Source: Lytechinus pictus (lineage: Eukaryota). From it: a stretch of DNA of 60,000 nt. Of the stretch, positions 40,301-53,034 are shown piece by piece (positions within the stretch are counted from its first letter, which is position 1; each line of letters opens with the position of its first letter). Made by a program: the position numbers and the translations under genes. The DNA lies in NCBI RefSeq assembly GCF_037042905.1, contig NC_087251.1:21020001-21080000 (forward strand), written 5' to 3'. A model generated the notes under the pieces. The model was given only the letters and a program-made list of their open reading frames with translations. It ran no database searches and was not told where the DNA came from.

Positions 40301-42810
40301 AAGATAAATTTTCTTCAAAAGAAAGTCTTACAGATCTTACGCCATAATATAGAATAAATTAACAGTTTAATTAAGAGTTCCTAAGGTCGGAGAGCAAAAA
40401 TATGATAATAAAAACAGTATTATTGTTGTGATTGAGCTATTTTTGCTGTAATGACATGGTAATGGTCGCCTCTGAGAAGAGAAGACGACCATAATCTAGA
40501 ACAATGTGAATTTGTAGGGTTACAGGAACATCTTAACTTTATTAGAACGGAGAATACTCTTTTTCAATTTGAAAAGGCACCGAAAGTTAAGTTAAAAGCT
40601 TCATCAAATATTGAAAATATAGATGAGCTTTATTGGCATATTACAAAGACAAATCAAGCTTTTTGGCACCGTCGGAGGAAATGAAGTACAACTTATTCAT
40701 GGTACATCAATTGATTACATTATAGGTGATTTCACTTGGCAAAGAAATGAACTGATTCTATTAATTCATTATTTTAGAAACATGTTTCACCAAGACTTGT
40801 TCTTTCAAAAGAGGGTGATCTCTAGTCTTCTTCTAATTCTAACGGGCAAACGGAACAATGTATACCGTCCACCACTGATATACATGTATATACTCCGCTC
40901 ACCTGAAAAACATATAAATATATTGCAGTGCAGCGAGGGAATATTGAACCATAAGTCATAAGTGATTACTTATGCTCAAAGAATGCAGTACTTTTTTTGC
41001 TCTTCCCGACGAAGTTCCATGAATCACTGTATGCACATTGACAATGCGGTCCCCTTCTGTCGATACATAACTTGTTTTACCATCTAATAGTCGGACATCG
41101 TGACAGGCGTCACGCAAACACCAAGCCCAAATCGATCAGAAAACGAATTCCTCGATCCGTGATATTTTCACTTTACTTACACCCCCTTGAGCTCTTGGGG
41201 TCAAAAGTCCTCGTGTATTTGTGCCATATTAAGCCGATCCCATCAATTTTCAACCTATTCAGACGGATAAATAAATTCTAAATACAACTTCTAGCCGTGC
41301 CTCCATATTTAAAAAAAAATAGAGTACATACGGAAGTTGAAATCTCATCGCAAAATCTCTTGATGGAAGGGATGTCTTCCATCAACACAGAAAATGGGAA
41401 GTCAACAAGTAAAACGGAAGAATAAACCCTTCTTGTGCGTTCCAATTGTTCACGTACAACATTCATTATTTTTCTGTTGAAAGGACAATCTCTTGTAACT
41501 ATTCATCTGAATGTTGTTGCAATTCTCCCTTCAATAAGGTCTTATAAACAATTGATGGTAAGGAATGGTTACTGAACAATGCCTTGATATAGCTTCTCCA
41601 ATTTGATATCAGTCATAAATATGAATTTTACTGTCGTTAATCAATAGTACATTGGCTGTTATTACAAACCATAAAACGCATGTTTCACCACTTTTCTTAA
41701 ACAGTTGTACAAGTAAATAGAAGCAACCCATTCGCAAGTGATCTTCAAACAGTGAAGTGGGCCGCGTACTCAGAGATGCTTACTACGACTGTTACTCCCA
41801 ACAATACAAAAAATAAATAAATAAAATAACAGGAAATGAAGAACAGGCACGTATTGAAAGTACTTTGAAGATGTTCATGGAGGCAAGATTATATTACTGA
41901 TATCGGCAATCAGGAAATCAATTTGAAGATACCGTGAAGACGATGTCCCTTGAAGGCAGGGCAAAATTGTGAAAATGCAAACCCCCAGTCTTGAGCTTCT
42001 ATGTCGGTGTCACATTACATCAATGAAATGAGAGACTATTGGATGAACAAGGATCATGTGACTACTTTTAGCTTCGAGGTCCCGACCGTGAGGAAGTTGG
42101 GCAAACCCTTCACTCAACTACCAGGTTTTAGGAGGATGTTTGAGACACGGTGTATGCTCGTTTTTACCATCATTAATAAGTGCATTAGCCTGGCTTGGGG
42201 GTTTATGAACTTTCAAGAGGAGATGTTGGGAGGGTGGAGAGATGGGGAAGGGTGGTAGTAGAGCATATCGGTAGTTGTATAAGCTGATCATGTGGTTGGT
42301 GTTTACGAAATTCTACATCCTCCGGACTATTATTTCACGATTCTTCAGTTATAAACTCAATATATAAAAAAAAACTACTTAAACTAAATTTATATGAACA
42401 GGGGGTTATCTACTCACTAACAAGCAACACAGATATGAAGAAAAAGAGATGAAGGCAATCAGAGTGCACTTAAGTTTATTTGATGTAAGACAGGCGACTC
42501 TTTTTAACCAAAATATGTTCTACTAGGCCTATAAATTGATTACAATCTGTTCAAACATATTGTTTTTCTTTCAAATACATCAGTGTTATAATGGCCATTG
42601 TAACTTTAACTTTATAATTTACAATGATAAACAACTGCATAAAGAATTCCCAAGAATTAAGGGAGCATTCTGGAAAGGTTTTTCTAGGAAATTGGAAAGT
42701 ACAAATGTAGTAGATGGAAAGTGAAAAATATTACTATGCCTGTCACATATTCCAATTCACAACATTCATCCATAACTGAAGAAGCGACGAATCAGGATAT
42801 TTCGTAGCTA

Positions 42811-42812
<2 letters not shown>

Positions 42813-42850
<38 letters not shown>
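42813..42850. repeat. (AG)n microsatellite
   Basis: Perfect AG run. Confidence 0.95.
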
Positions 42851-42853
<3 letters not shown>

Positions 42854-44725
42854 AATCCTTATACCTGAACATCATCTCCACCATTGAGACATTATCAGAT
42901 TTACCCGTGCTTACCGATGGAATAACCTAAAAAGTTGTAATGGATGAGCCGAGAATTACCAGCGTCTTAACCCCGTTGATGTACGGCGAGGCAATTAAGG
43001 AAGAAGGCGTCAAAGACCTCATAACCTCTGATTGCTCGATGAGCATCTAGTCTATCAAAGAGGCATGTCAATTTTAAGTAGCCGTGACATACTTTCCCTT
43101 CGATAATGAAGAGTGTGAGTAAGAATTATGAAGCCATGTAAAAATTAACTGGTATTATTGCAATTATTATTGATTCCACATGCCATCTCTTTGCTCATTT
43201 TTTTAATTATAACCATTAGGATAAGGAGTGGTTTTCCATCATCTTACCGGAAAAGTAAAAAGTAAGATGAAACAATGAATTACCACCGGTAATTGATTGT
43301 AGCATGTGTAGTGTAGGCCTAAATGTAAATGATTGCAACCCTACCACCAGTGGTGTTGTGGAGTAAATTATTTTATAGAAGGAAAATCTTTTAAAGAAGT
43401 TGGCATAACTATAAGAAAAAAAAACTTCTCACCTTTGTAAAACGAACATTCAAATATAACAAGAATTGAAAATAAAATCTCTATCATAACCCCATATTTA
43501 ACCTTCCTCCATTTCATTGGGTTTTCTTCTCCTTCTTTTTAAGGGGGGGGGGGGCACCCTCGTTTCTACTCAAGGTATTTACTTATATTCACATGTTCAC
43601 CTTTCCCAAATAATACTCGGTAGATTTCTGCTGGATATTATCTTGTAGAACATTTCTGTCTCTGTGTTGTTTTTTTAAGAAAAGCCCTCAAGCAAATAAA
43701 TTAAGGTTTGTAGCTCATAGATTTGTAAACGGGCTGAAGAAGAAAGGTCTCCGCTTCTTTTGTATTGTCGCATTGTGAATTTATTTACCCTTAGGCAGAG
43801 ATTGGTTAACTGAAAAGCAGGATGTTGTGTCTCATTCACTTTATTTCTAAGATCGGAAAAAGAGAGTTGTATTCGTTGAAAAGACATTTTCAGAATGAAA
43901 ATGATATCAGGTCGAGACTGCTGTAATTGAAACGTTCTTGAAATGAATAACGAGAGACTGGGGCTTAACGATGATGTCAAAAGTGTCAATGGAAAGGGCC
44001 TTGGTATTATGACAGACTTCCGATCTAGCCGGGAGGTATTAACCTAGTTCTATTCACATTGTTATGTGACGTCATAACAATTCATTATTACAAGAAGTTT
44101 TAATGTATGATTGGAGTGTGCTGGTTGGCAAAGTAGGCCCTATTGGAAATGTTAACAAAATACTAACCATTGCTGTAATCTTAAAATAACACATATTCAT
44201 GCTACTAATATTAATATGGCAATGAATGTTTACCTGTTTCAAATGTAATGAAAAATAGAAACTATACATCGTATAATCAGAGAGATCATCTTATCAAAAA
44301 TATAATTATGTTAAATATATTATAGGTTGACATCTTGCTGCTGGATCACAAGTATATACATATTGGGCAAAAATGCTAATGTATGATGCTAATGTATGTA
44401 TAATGATATTAAAAATGAAGGTATATAATTATCTTAGGTAGATGTGGACGTATTTCAGTGAGAAGATTAGTGCAAACCACCATCATGATTGACTCCACCT
44501 TATTACTATAGTTACAAGTTTAACTATTAATTATTCATCATGCATGAATTTTTCATTTACTGTACCAGCGATCACTGGATTGCAAAGAATGAACAGAGAT
44601 CTACGGTAGATGTCAAGTTATCGGGCAATGACATCTATGCCATTAGGGGTTAGCATTGCGGCATTGCGATATTTTAGGGAGGGTTGAGGTAGGGAATTTG
44701 TAAGCATGCGTCTATGCGATGGAGC

Positions 44726-44731
44726 GTGTGT

Positions 44732-44773
<42 letters not shown>

Positions 44774-44780
44774 GTGTGGG
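44726..44780. repeat. (GT)n microsatellite
   Basis: GT run with a few GG interruptions. Confidence 0.93.
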
Positions 44781-44871
44781 TAGTTGCGGGTGTGCAAGAA
44801 ATAGGATAGGTAGGCCTGGCTAAATATGATGAACGGGACCGGTGTTCGATTCGATACTTCTATATTTAAGA

Positions 44872-45170
44872 ATTTTACTCAGTATTTTGCTTATTAAAGT
44901 AAAATATTGAACCACCTTTGTAATATTCACTGTATTTTGGCTAAGTACTTTGCTTAAATCTAAGTCAGCCGCCTAACTGACTTAAGTCTGGGTTTCGTGC
45001 AGTTTACAAACGTCCATACGTCATACATACTGCACACAACCGAATACATACATTGCACATAAATTTTTCTTAAACCTGATGACGTCACAATGCTTATTTT
45101 CAAAGCATTTTGCTTAAATTTGGCTTGATGAAGTAAAATACTTAGCCAAGTATAATGTTGAGTAAAATAC
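44872..45170. mobile_element. Degenerate foldback/MITE
   Basis: ATTTTACTCA / TGAGTAAAAT and TATTTTGGCTAAGTACTTTGC / GTAAAATACTTAGCCAAGTATA inverted matches; termini and TSD not resolved. Confidence 0.5.
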
Positions 45171-45896
45171 TAACTCAATGGATACTTTCAATTGAATACC
45201 GGCTTGACCTACAACAAAAAAAAAAACCAAAACTATAAATCTGTAGATCATTATGTTCTCTAATTCTCTATTGATATAAAATAGTCTCTTTAATGCCATT
45301 AATCCAATATAGATGTGAAAGGTTCTGCATAGACTACTAATGGTAGAATTCGATGCAGTAAGTCGTCTATCCATGGCAATGCATGTTGATTTGAATGTCC
45401 ATTAGTAGCCTTTCAAACAAATCGTTTAATGACAGGATTTCTACGGGAAGACAGACACTTCTGAAATGGTCATTGGTCATTCTTAATCATGGAAGAGGCG
45501 GCGTAGCAAGGCGGTTCTGGCGCCTGTTTGTATCAGGGTATTTGTGTCTGGGATTGGTGCGCATGCATGGATTTTCCATAGTGGTTTCATTAATTTGGTT
45601 AAAGCACGTGATTGAAATTAACCCTTTTTTCATTTTATGCGTCATTTATGTATGGGCCAGGGGATCATAACTGAACAGTTGTAAATATAATCTCTTCCCG
45701 CATTTCAATGTGTTGTGTATGCGGTATCTCATTCAATTCCAACTTTTCTTTCAGTTAGCTTACTATTTTTTTAACATTTGTGAAAAAAAATAGTTCGGAA
45801 ATTTCAAAATGTGTCATTGGGGCTTACATAATGAAAATCAACTACAATTTTCCACTTCTACTTAAGTCCGTTCTACTTAATAGGTGTGGACGATCC

Positions 45897-46220
45897 AACG
45901 CAGTATATCCTAAACCCACCCAAAGTTAAAGGCTCTTAACGCAGTATTTCGTATTTCATAATGCATATAAATCATCAACCCTAATCCCACCAAAAATTAA
46001 CGGCTCTTAAGCAGTATTTCGTATTTCATAATGCATACACATCATCAATCCTAACCCCATCCAAACTTAACGGCCCTTAACGAACTATTTCGTATTTCAT
46101 AATGCATATTAATCATCAACCCTAACCCCACCAAATCTTAACGGCCCTTAACGCAGTATTTCGTATTTCAGAATGCATATAAATCATCAACCCTAACCCC
46201 ATCCAAACTTAAACGGCTCT
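45897..46220. repeat. ~70-bp minisatellite, 4 full copies plus a partial
   Basis: Unit TTAACGCAGTATTTCGTATTTCATAATGCATATAAATCATCAACCCTAACCCCACCAAA.TTAACGGC(T/C)C starting at 45936, 46007, 46077 and 46148. Confidence 0.92.
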
Positions 46221-48116
46221 TGATTATTACTTTAATAGGGAGCGTTGTCAACATAGTAAGGGGTAGCGCCCCAGCCCTCCCCGGTATTTTAAGGAACAGG
46301 CATATAGAACCTTGAACAAAATACTGGATGGTGCATGTGATAAGATTAAGTTTCACGAGATAGGACTGATGCCCTGATATGCGATGGTTCACCGCGTGCC
46401 TACCAATCAACAAACGGAATAAGAATTGAATGCAAATAACACCAACACGACAAAAGTGACGTAAGCGCTTAACGGACACCGTAGAAGAATCCTCATGAAA
46501 TCAAATACTGTCTTCAATTTCAGCAATGGTCTGTGAGAAGGAATATATTAATTGTGTGAGGTAATCCGCGTTGGGAAGAGCCGTTTTAATAAATAGGTCT
46601 GTTCACCTGCTAACGCGACATTAGACAATGCCATTATTTAACATTCATTTTAATTGCCCCCTTTTCTGCAAGCAGGCATCTTTCAAACGTATGCCGTTTT
46701 GTTGACATAATCCTTATAAAAACAACTAATGGATAGTCAAATTGTTATAATCAATGAGAAAAATATGAATATGGATAATAAATTAAAATTCCCTTCAAAG
46801 AATGATCAATTGGAATTTACTCTCCGTCTGTCTGTCTCTCTGCCTCTCATTTTCAAACAAAAATAACAACATAAAGGATATATTGTGCAAATTGTTCCCT
46901 TTGTTCTTATTCGTAGTTTCCTATTCCGTTGCTTGTTTATGGGATAATAAAGGAATCTCAAATCTAAATCTCGAAATAAGAAGCGGATCTATGTTGATAA
47001 AACAAAAAAAATGGCCCACAATAAGTTCAACTTATTCAGTAAGGGTAGAGCAAGGACAGATATACAATCATTACAATAATTATAATTGTCATCAATGACA
47101 TAAAGAGATCTTTTTCATATTTAATTTCAACCTCCCATCATCTTCTCATCTGATGGTAATTATCATCCAGAGCTCTTCAGAGAGATAGAGCTTGGAGCTG
47201 TAGACTAGCTGGCGACCTTGGCAGCTAACAATCCAGAATCAATTCCCATCCTCTTGATGTCCTCTGATGGCAGGAAGAGTTTGGTTTTCGGACGAACATC
47301 CTCTTAAGGAACGGGGAGTCAAGACAGAAAACAAATAAGGTTTGTTTGAGGATTTCATCGAAGGCTCAAAGGCGATCAAGGCACGTAGGATAGCTGTCAA
47401 ACTTTCAAGACGCGCGGCAGGCGGACGGACGGGATATGCATGGCTTGCGCGAGATCACTGGTTGTCCGATTTGTGTACATATACACACGCGCACCCCCAC
47501 TCTCACTATCTCACATTCAATCAAACACACATGACGAAGTTAGTCGCCATCGTTCCTCCTTAATGTCATTTATACGCAAGGGTTTCTAGCAAACATCTCA
47601 GAATGGCCGTTGTTTGAACAGCAAAAGACCGTTAACCCCCGAGCTCGCGGCGACATCATTACCGTCATCAGGTTAAAAACAAGAAAATGTTATCGGGATG
47701 AACGATTTCTAACAAAATTAACCACATCTTTAATCTTAAAGAAAATATGGGTGTAATGTCTAAGATTCCGTTAAAAAAAATCACGATCAACATAAGGAGT
47801 GAATTATCAATATGCAATGGGTTTAAACTTCAACACATTTCCAAACTATTAATGTATAGTGCTTTTATATGGGATGTCAATATAAATACCTAAACGAACG
47901 AAACCTTGTGTTACCCGTTAATATCAATGCATGCGTTGCCTCTAGAGTGACTGTATTGCAAAATAAGTTTCATTTCAGATTTAAATCTTTATGATATCTG
48001 GCAGTGTTGCAGTCGAGGCATAAGCCCTCGAGGCCAAGACCAAGGCATTTCAAACTTAAAATAGACAATCATGTACAAAATATGAATTAAAGGTGAAAGA
48101 TTGAATTAACCCGGGG

Positions 48117-48357
48117 CAGGGGCGGATCCAGGATTTTCCAAAAGGGGGGCACATTTTCGCGAGGAAAAAAAAGCGTTTCCAATAAAAAAAATTAAATACA
48201 TTCCCCGAAAAAAAATTGACAGGCACAAAAAAAGCTTCATTTTCAAGAGGGGGGGGGGGGCACACTTGTGTTTTAACTGCATTTTACATTACAAATTTTA
48301 AGTATGCCTCTCAAAGGGGGTGGGGGTACGGGCCGGCCCCCCGTGGATCCTCCAGTG
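48117..48357 (+). mobile_element. hAT-type MITE, copy 1
   Basis: CAGGGGCGGATCCAGG ... CCGTGGATCCTCCAGTG; flanks ACCCGGGG / GCCCGGAG (6/8 match); same family as 52335-52607. Confidence 0.8.
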
Positions 48358-48524
48358 GCCCGGAGTGATATTTATTTTGAATTCGAGTGATATACATTTT
48401 GAATTCATTATTTTAAAAAAAATATCAGCCATAAAAGCAGTGAGAAGATTGAATAATGCGAATTTCATATCGTCCCAGATACATCCTGGTGTATTTCTGC
48501 ATTTATGAGCCAATATCCTATTAT

Positions 48525-49110
48525 AACAAGTGGAACGCCTCTGGCAGTCTCGCCTGCATTACGCGATTCGATATAGTAGCAGTATTGACTTTGAAAACAG
48601 CTACTGAATAATTATTCACAAAAGAAAACACTCATATGATAATAAAATACTATGTTCATTGACCCAACATGACCTTTGACCATGATCATGTGACCTAAGA
48701 CATTTGTAAAACATACTTGATTACCCTTATGTCTATGTTTCATGAACTACATGTGTAGATCCATAAAATATCTAAGTTATGATGCCAATGCAACAAATAC
48801 CCCCAACACGGAAACAAATCATTGACCTTAAATGACCTTTGATCTTGGTCATGTGACCTGAAACGCACACAGGATATTCAGAGATATATGGTTACTCTTA
48901 TGTCCAAGTTTCATGACTAGATCCATAAACTTTAAAGTTATGATGACAATTCCACAAATACCCCCAACATAATCAAAGTTCGTTGACCCTAAATAACCTT
49001 TGACCTTGATTATGTGACCTGAAACTTGCACATGGTGTTCAGCAATACTTAATTGCTTTCATGTCTAAGTTTCATGAGCTAGATCGATAAATTTTCAAAG
49101 TTATGACAAT
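48525..49110. mobile_element. Helentron-associated (HINE/Tsp/pearl-like) element with ~160-bp internal tandem core repeats, truncated
   Basis: Starts AACAAGTGGAACGCCTCTGGCAGTCTCGCC; three core units at ~48654, ~48819 and ~48978, each with TTGACC..AT(G/A)ACCTTTGA.C...ATGTGACCT. Class assignment is from architecture only. Confidence 0.7.
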
Positions 49111-50438
49111 TGCTCTCTAGAAAATTCAGGTTTTGTTACATTCTTATCGTTGTTTGTTTTTCTTTGTATTCACGTTCTTTACCGTGTCAGTTATTAAATT
49201 ATGCCAACTTCGTTTAAATAAATGTTCATATCAAGACGTAGAGGAATGATGAACAATAAAATATTATGTTGTGTAAAATGGCAAGGCATGGCACTGTTTC
49301 CACCACAAATACGAAATAAGAACCTATTACAACACTTTTCGCGAGAACGCTTAAATATTCATAATATATGTTGTAACGCGATAAAATGGAAATATTTTCA
49401 CTCTCATATTTCAGAGGTATAATAATAATTACGATTCACATTTTTTTACGATGACATGTAGATTTAAATTCAGCATAAATAAAGCATGTTTGATAGAATA
49501 ATTGAATTCGATTTCCTAGATATATCTAATTCAGTTATAGTGACATACAATTTCAATAATATCAAAAGTAAATTTAATAGAATCACGAAAATGTTATTAT
49601 GGGAAAGTGGTTAGGTGTAGAAACGTCTAGGAAACGATTGTATCAATATTTTTACATGCACAAAAATCCACCCATTTTTGGCATAAAGGAAACCTGAATA
49701 ATTCATTCTCGCTCACCTTTTCAACTATCAGCTAGCAAATCTTTTACTCTTTGACAGCTAACATACGTCATAATTAGGTAACCAAACAAGCCACCTATTC
49801 CCAAGAAATAAAAAATCGAGTTAAGAACGAAAAGCCGAAGAACGTGATAAGTTATCGTCTACGAGAATTCCATGCATGACTCGCCTTAAGAAAGCTGGAG
49901 GGGATATACGAAATGTGTTTGTTTTCAGTCCACAGTTTCCCCTTCCGCGGCTCCTGTTATATTTCAATCAGTAAATTAGATTTTTAGTCCCGCAAGACTT
50001 GGATGGAGTTTCGCCTAAACAATACAAACAACATAGCTCAGGGAGTGTGTTCTATTCAAAGCAATCGTCTACCAGAATGCCGCTTGGATGTAGATGGAGA
50101 GAGAGAAAGATGAAAGGAACGCGTCACAAAATACAAATGTTTTACTTTAGTTAAGTTATGTTCTCAAATCGACTGCCTCTATTCGGTTTCATTCGTGGTT
50201 TAAAACGCTGTTATTTCTATCAATTATAATTTTTGATAAAAACACAACGGTAATTTTTTCGTAATTATCAATATTAATCCAGTTCAGATTTAATACTAAA
50301 CTGGCCATTTATGCTGATATAATATTCAACAACATTAAAGTTTCAAGGCCAACTGATATGAATTGATTATTCATTTTTACAGACGTTCCTTGCTTTACAG
50401 AATATCAAACAGACAAGGAGAGATGTTCTTATACTTAC

Positions 50439-50482
50439 GGAGGAAGGTTTGCACTATAGGGGGCGCTCTGTAGGGCTTCCAT
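50439..50482 (-). CDS. Start-codon-bearing part of an 81-bp exon (50439-50519) of the host gene: MEALQSAPYSANLP(P)
   Basis: Minus strand: cttttcaactaccacag|ATGATT...GCGAA ATG GAA...CCT CC|gtaagtat. The ATG has a purine at -3 and G at +4, in-frame stops lie upstream, and the phase-2 end matches exon 36846-36941. Confidence 0.65.
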
Positions 50483-51009
50483 TTCGCTCCTCACTCCAAG
50501 CACGTCTGGTCATAATCATCTGTGGTAGTTGAAAAGCAAGATGAGACAGAACATCATTATAAGCAGGTGAACTATTCATGTCATTTTATTTGCAGTTTTT
50601 TAGGCATTCATGATAGTTCTGAAAATAAGCATTATCATAATCATAAACTAATCATCCGACAGAAAATTACCCTACTTATGACTTCCGTGGTGTAACATTG
50701 TCGATGTCATTGTCATGTCTGTTGTCCTTTGTGTGACCTTTCGATACAAACTATATTTCCCCTGGTTGTAAAAAAATTGCCCTGCGGTATCAAATCAATG
50801 TGAATCAATATTTATTTTGTAACACCTTTCTGTGACTGAAAGAACAAAAACCTGTTGCCAAAAGTGTGGGAAATCAAACGCAACCCCAAATGTCCTGTTT
50901 GGTATTGCTTTTTAGCAAATCAGAAGAAGGCAACTGGGATTCGATTTTTAAAATTGCGTCGAAAAGTCAATCTTTCTGCAACAGACCGCGGGAAAGTAGG
51001 AGAGAACTG

Positions 51010-51166
51010 GGGCCCATTTCATAAAGACTAAATAATAATAACAACTTTGCAATATCGTAAGTAGCATGAAAACCTTGATTGTGATTGGCTGTTGAGCCCT
51101 GTTACCGTGGTATTTGCCATAATGGCAAAGTTACAATATAGCTGCAACTCTTTATGAAACGGGTCC
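51010..51166. mobile_element. PIF/Harbinger-type MITE
   Basis: CTG|GGGCCCATTTCATAAAGA ... TCTTTATGAAACGGGTCC|CAG; CWG target as at 202-345. Confidence 0.78.
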
Positions 51167-52334
51167 CAGAACATAGGGTTTCCTTTCTGTTTCGATTTGT
51201 TTTCTTTCCTTTTTATGAAGCAACCACATCATGAAATTGCATAGAATGGCTATACCCAGCTCATAAAAAGCCACAGGCAGGACATTTTTTTTCTTCTTGA
51301 TTTGACCTGATCAATCTCTAAAAGGAGCGTTTTACATCCGAGATGAACCTCGTCTTGTCACATTACAACCACCAATATCCTTTGAAACTCGAATTACGGC
51401 GAGGAGAATCCGCCTAATAGAGGAAGTATTACTTTATAACCAGTGGCCGAGTTAAAGGAAGTATCACAAAATACTGAAAATGCGGCTGGGGATATCTGGT
51501 GGGCCTGTATTTTGAAGACTATCAACACGACAAAATTGCATGAAACCGATATCACCTCCAACGCGCCAAATATCGTCGAGCAGCGCGGGAAGGTAAATTG
51601 CGGTGAAATTCACGCTTTTGAGAAATCTTGTTGTTGTCGTTCGTCGGTCAAGAATTCTTGTATAACACGGGTTTGTTTTCATTTAGCACGTCTCTTAGGA
51701 CGATCCATTATTCAAGAAAGTCAAAAGCAACTCAACCAACCAACCAACCAACAAGGAATAGAGATAATTAAATGCACTTCTAATGTCAATGCCGATGTGA
51801 CACTTATTAAAGTCGGTTCCTCTGAATTTCGTTTTAGGCAAAATTCACGCGTTGAAAAGTTATTCGTTTTGGATATAAAAGAGAAGAGAAACGAAACAAT
51901 CCAGATATACAAAACAGATTACTGTGGGTTATTATCTCGGTTAGGAAACAGAAATCAAAGTAAATAGCGCTATGAACATACGGTTTCGTTAAATTATATT
52001 ATTAAACCTACAGTATCTCTTTATTTCATTAAACCTATAGTATCTCTATATTTTTCAAACGTATCAGTCGTTGTGAGTAAAACATATCCATGTAAAATCT
52101 AGATTCGTACAGGAATTAGTTGAAATTTAAGTTTATGCTTTGTGGTAGAAAGTATGTATAGAGATAGTAGAGTGCAATCATATTAAATATTTTCGTATCA
52201 ACTATTGCAGACAGAAATAGCAAGTTTAAGTGTAGCAAAAATTGACTATAAAATATAATTAATCTTACATGATTGGCTTCGCAATTCATCCCCACAGTAC
52301 GGTTATTTGAATGGTTAAACTATGAGTTCAAGTA

Positions 52335-52607
52335 CAGGGGCGGAACCAGGATTTTCAAAAGGGGGCCACATTTTCAGAGCAAAATCTGACAAGCAAAATA
52401 AAAAGGGGGTTGTAACCAAGAATTAAGGATATTTCGTCCATGAAAAATTTGACAAGCAAAAAAAAAAGGTCTTCACTTTTTTTAAAGGGGGGGGGGGGCA
52501 CACTTACACTATTTTTAACGGCATTTTTACAATACAGATTTTTAATTGTGCCTCTCAAGGGGGAGGGGGGCAGGGGCCGGCTTTGCCCCCCACTGGATCC
52601 GCCAGTG
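52335..52607 (+). mobile_element. hAT-type MITE, copy 2
   Basis: Perfect 8-bp TSD TTCAAGTA (52327-52334, 52608-52615); termini CAGGGGCGGAACCAGG ... CTGGATCCGCCAGTG. Confidence 0.9.
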
Positions 52608-53034
52608 TTCAAGTATTATTTTAAGACAATCTATTAATTATATGATTTTGATTCATGTATATCTACGATTTTATAAAATCCATGACGAATGCCGCCCCAT
52701 TTTGCAGCTTTCTCGAGAGAACGCGTACATGCACTTTTCTTTAATGAACAATAATACCAAAAAAAATCAATAGCATCTAAATTATCTATCGTTCTTTTGA
52801 TATACCCCTAGGCCAATAGATATAGGTGTAGGTAAATGAACATCCGTTGTCTATCGATGCAAAGTATTTATTTAGTAATCATCATAAAGTGATTATCACT
52901 AAATTCTTGCCAAATTGAATTTTTATTTATTGTATTTAGGATTTCTGTCTTATTCAAGCGATGCGAAAATGGTGAATGTAGCAAAAATGCGTTACAACAC
53001 GCAACCTGTTGGTGTTGTATGCTTGTGTTCTTAA

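Noticed and set aside
10583..45087. Several CRE palindromes TGACGTCA (10583, 23776, 44067, 45080)
   Set aside because: Scattered 8-mers over 35 kb with no clustering; not distinguishable from background without chromatin data.
45897..46220. CRISPR-like periodic array
   Set aside because: Whole units repeat with no unique spacers, there are no cas genes, and the context is eukaryotic; it is a minisatellite.
51443..51967. 174-aa plus-strand ORF
   Set aside because: GTG start, no recognisable motif, no convincing splice boundaries, and antisense to the inferred gene; likely chance in a GC-richer patch.
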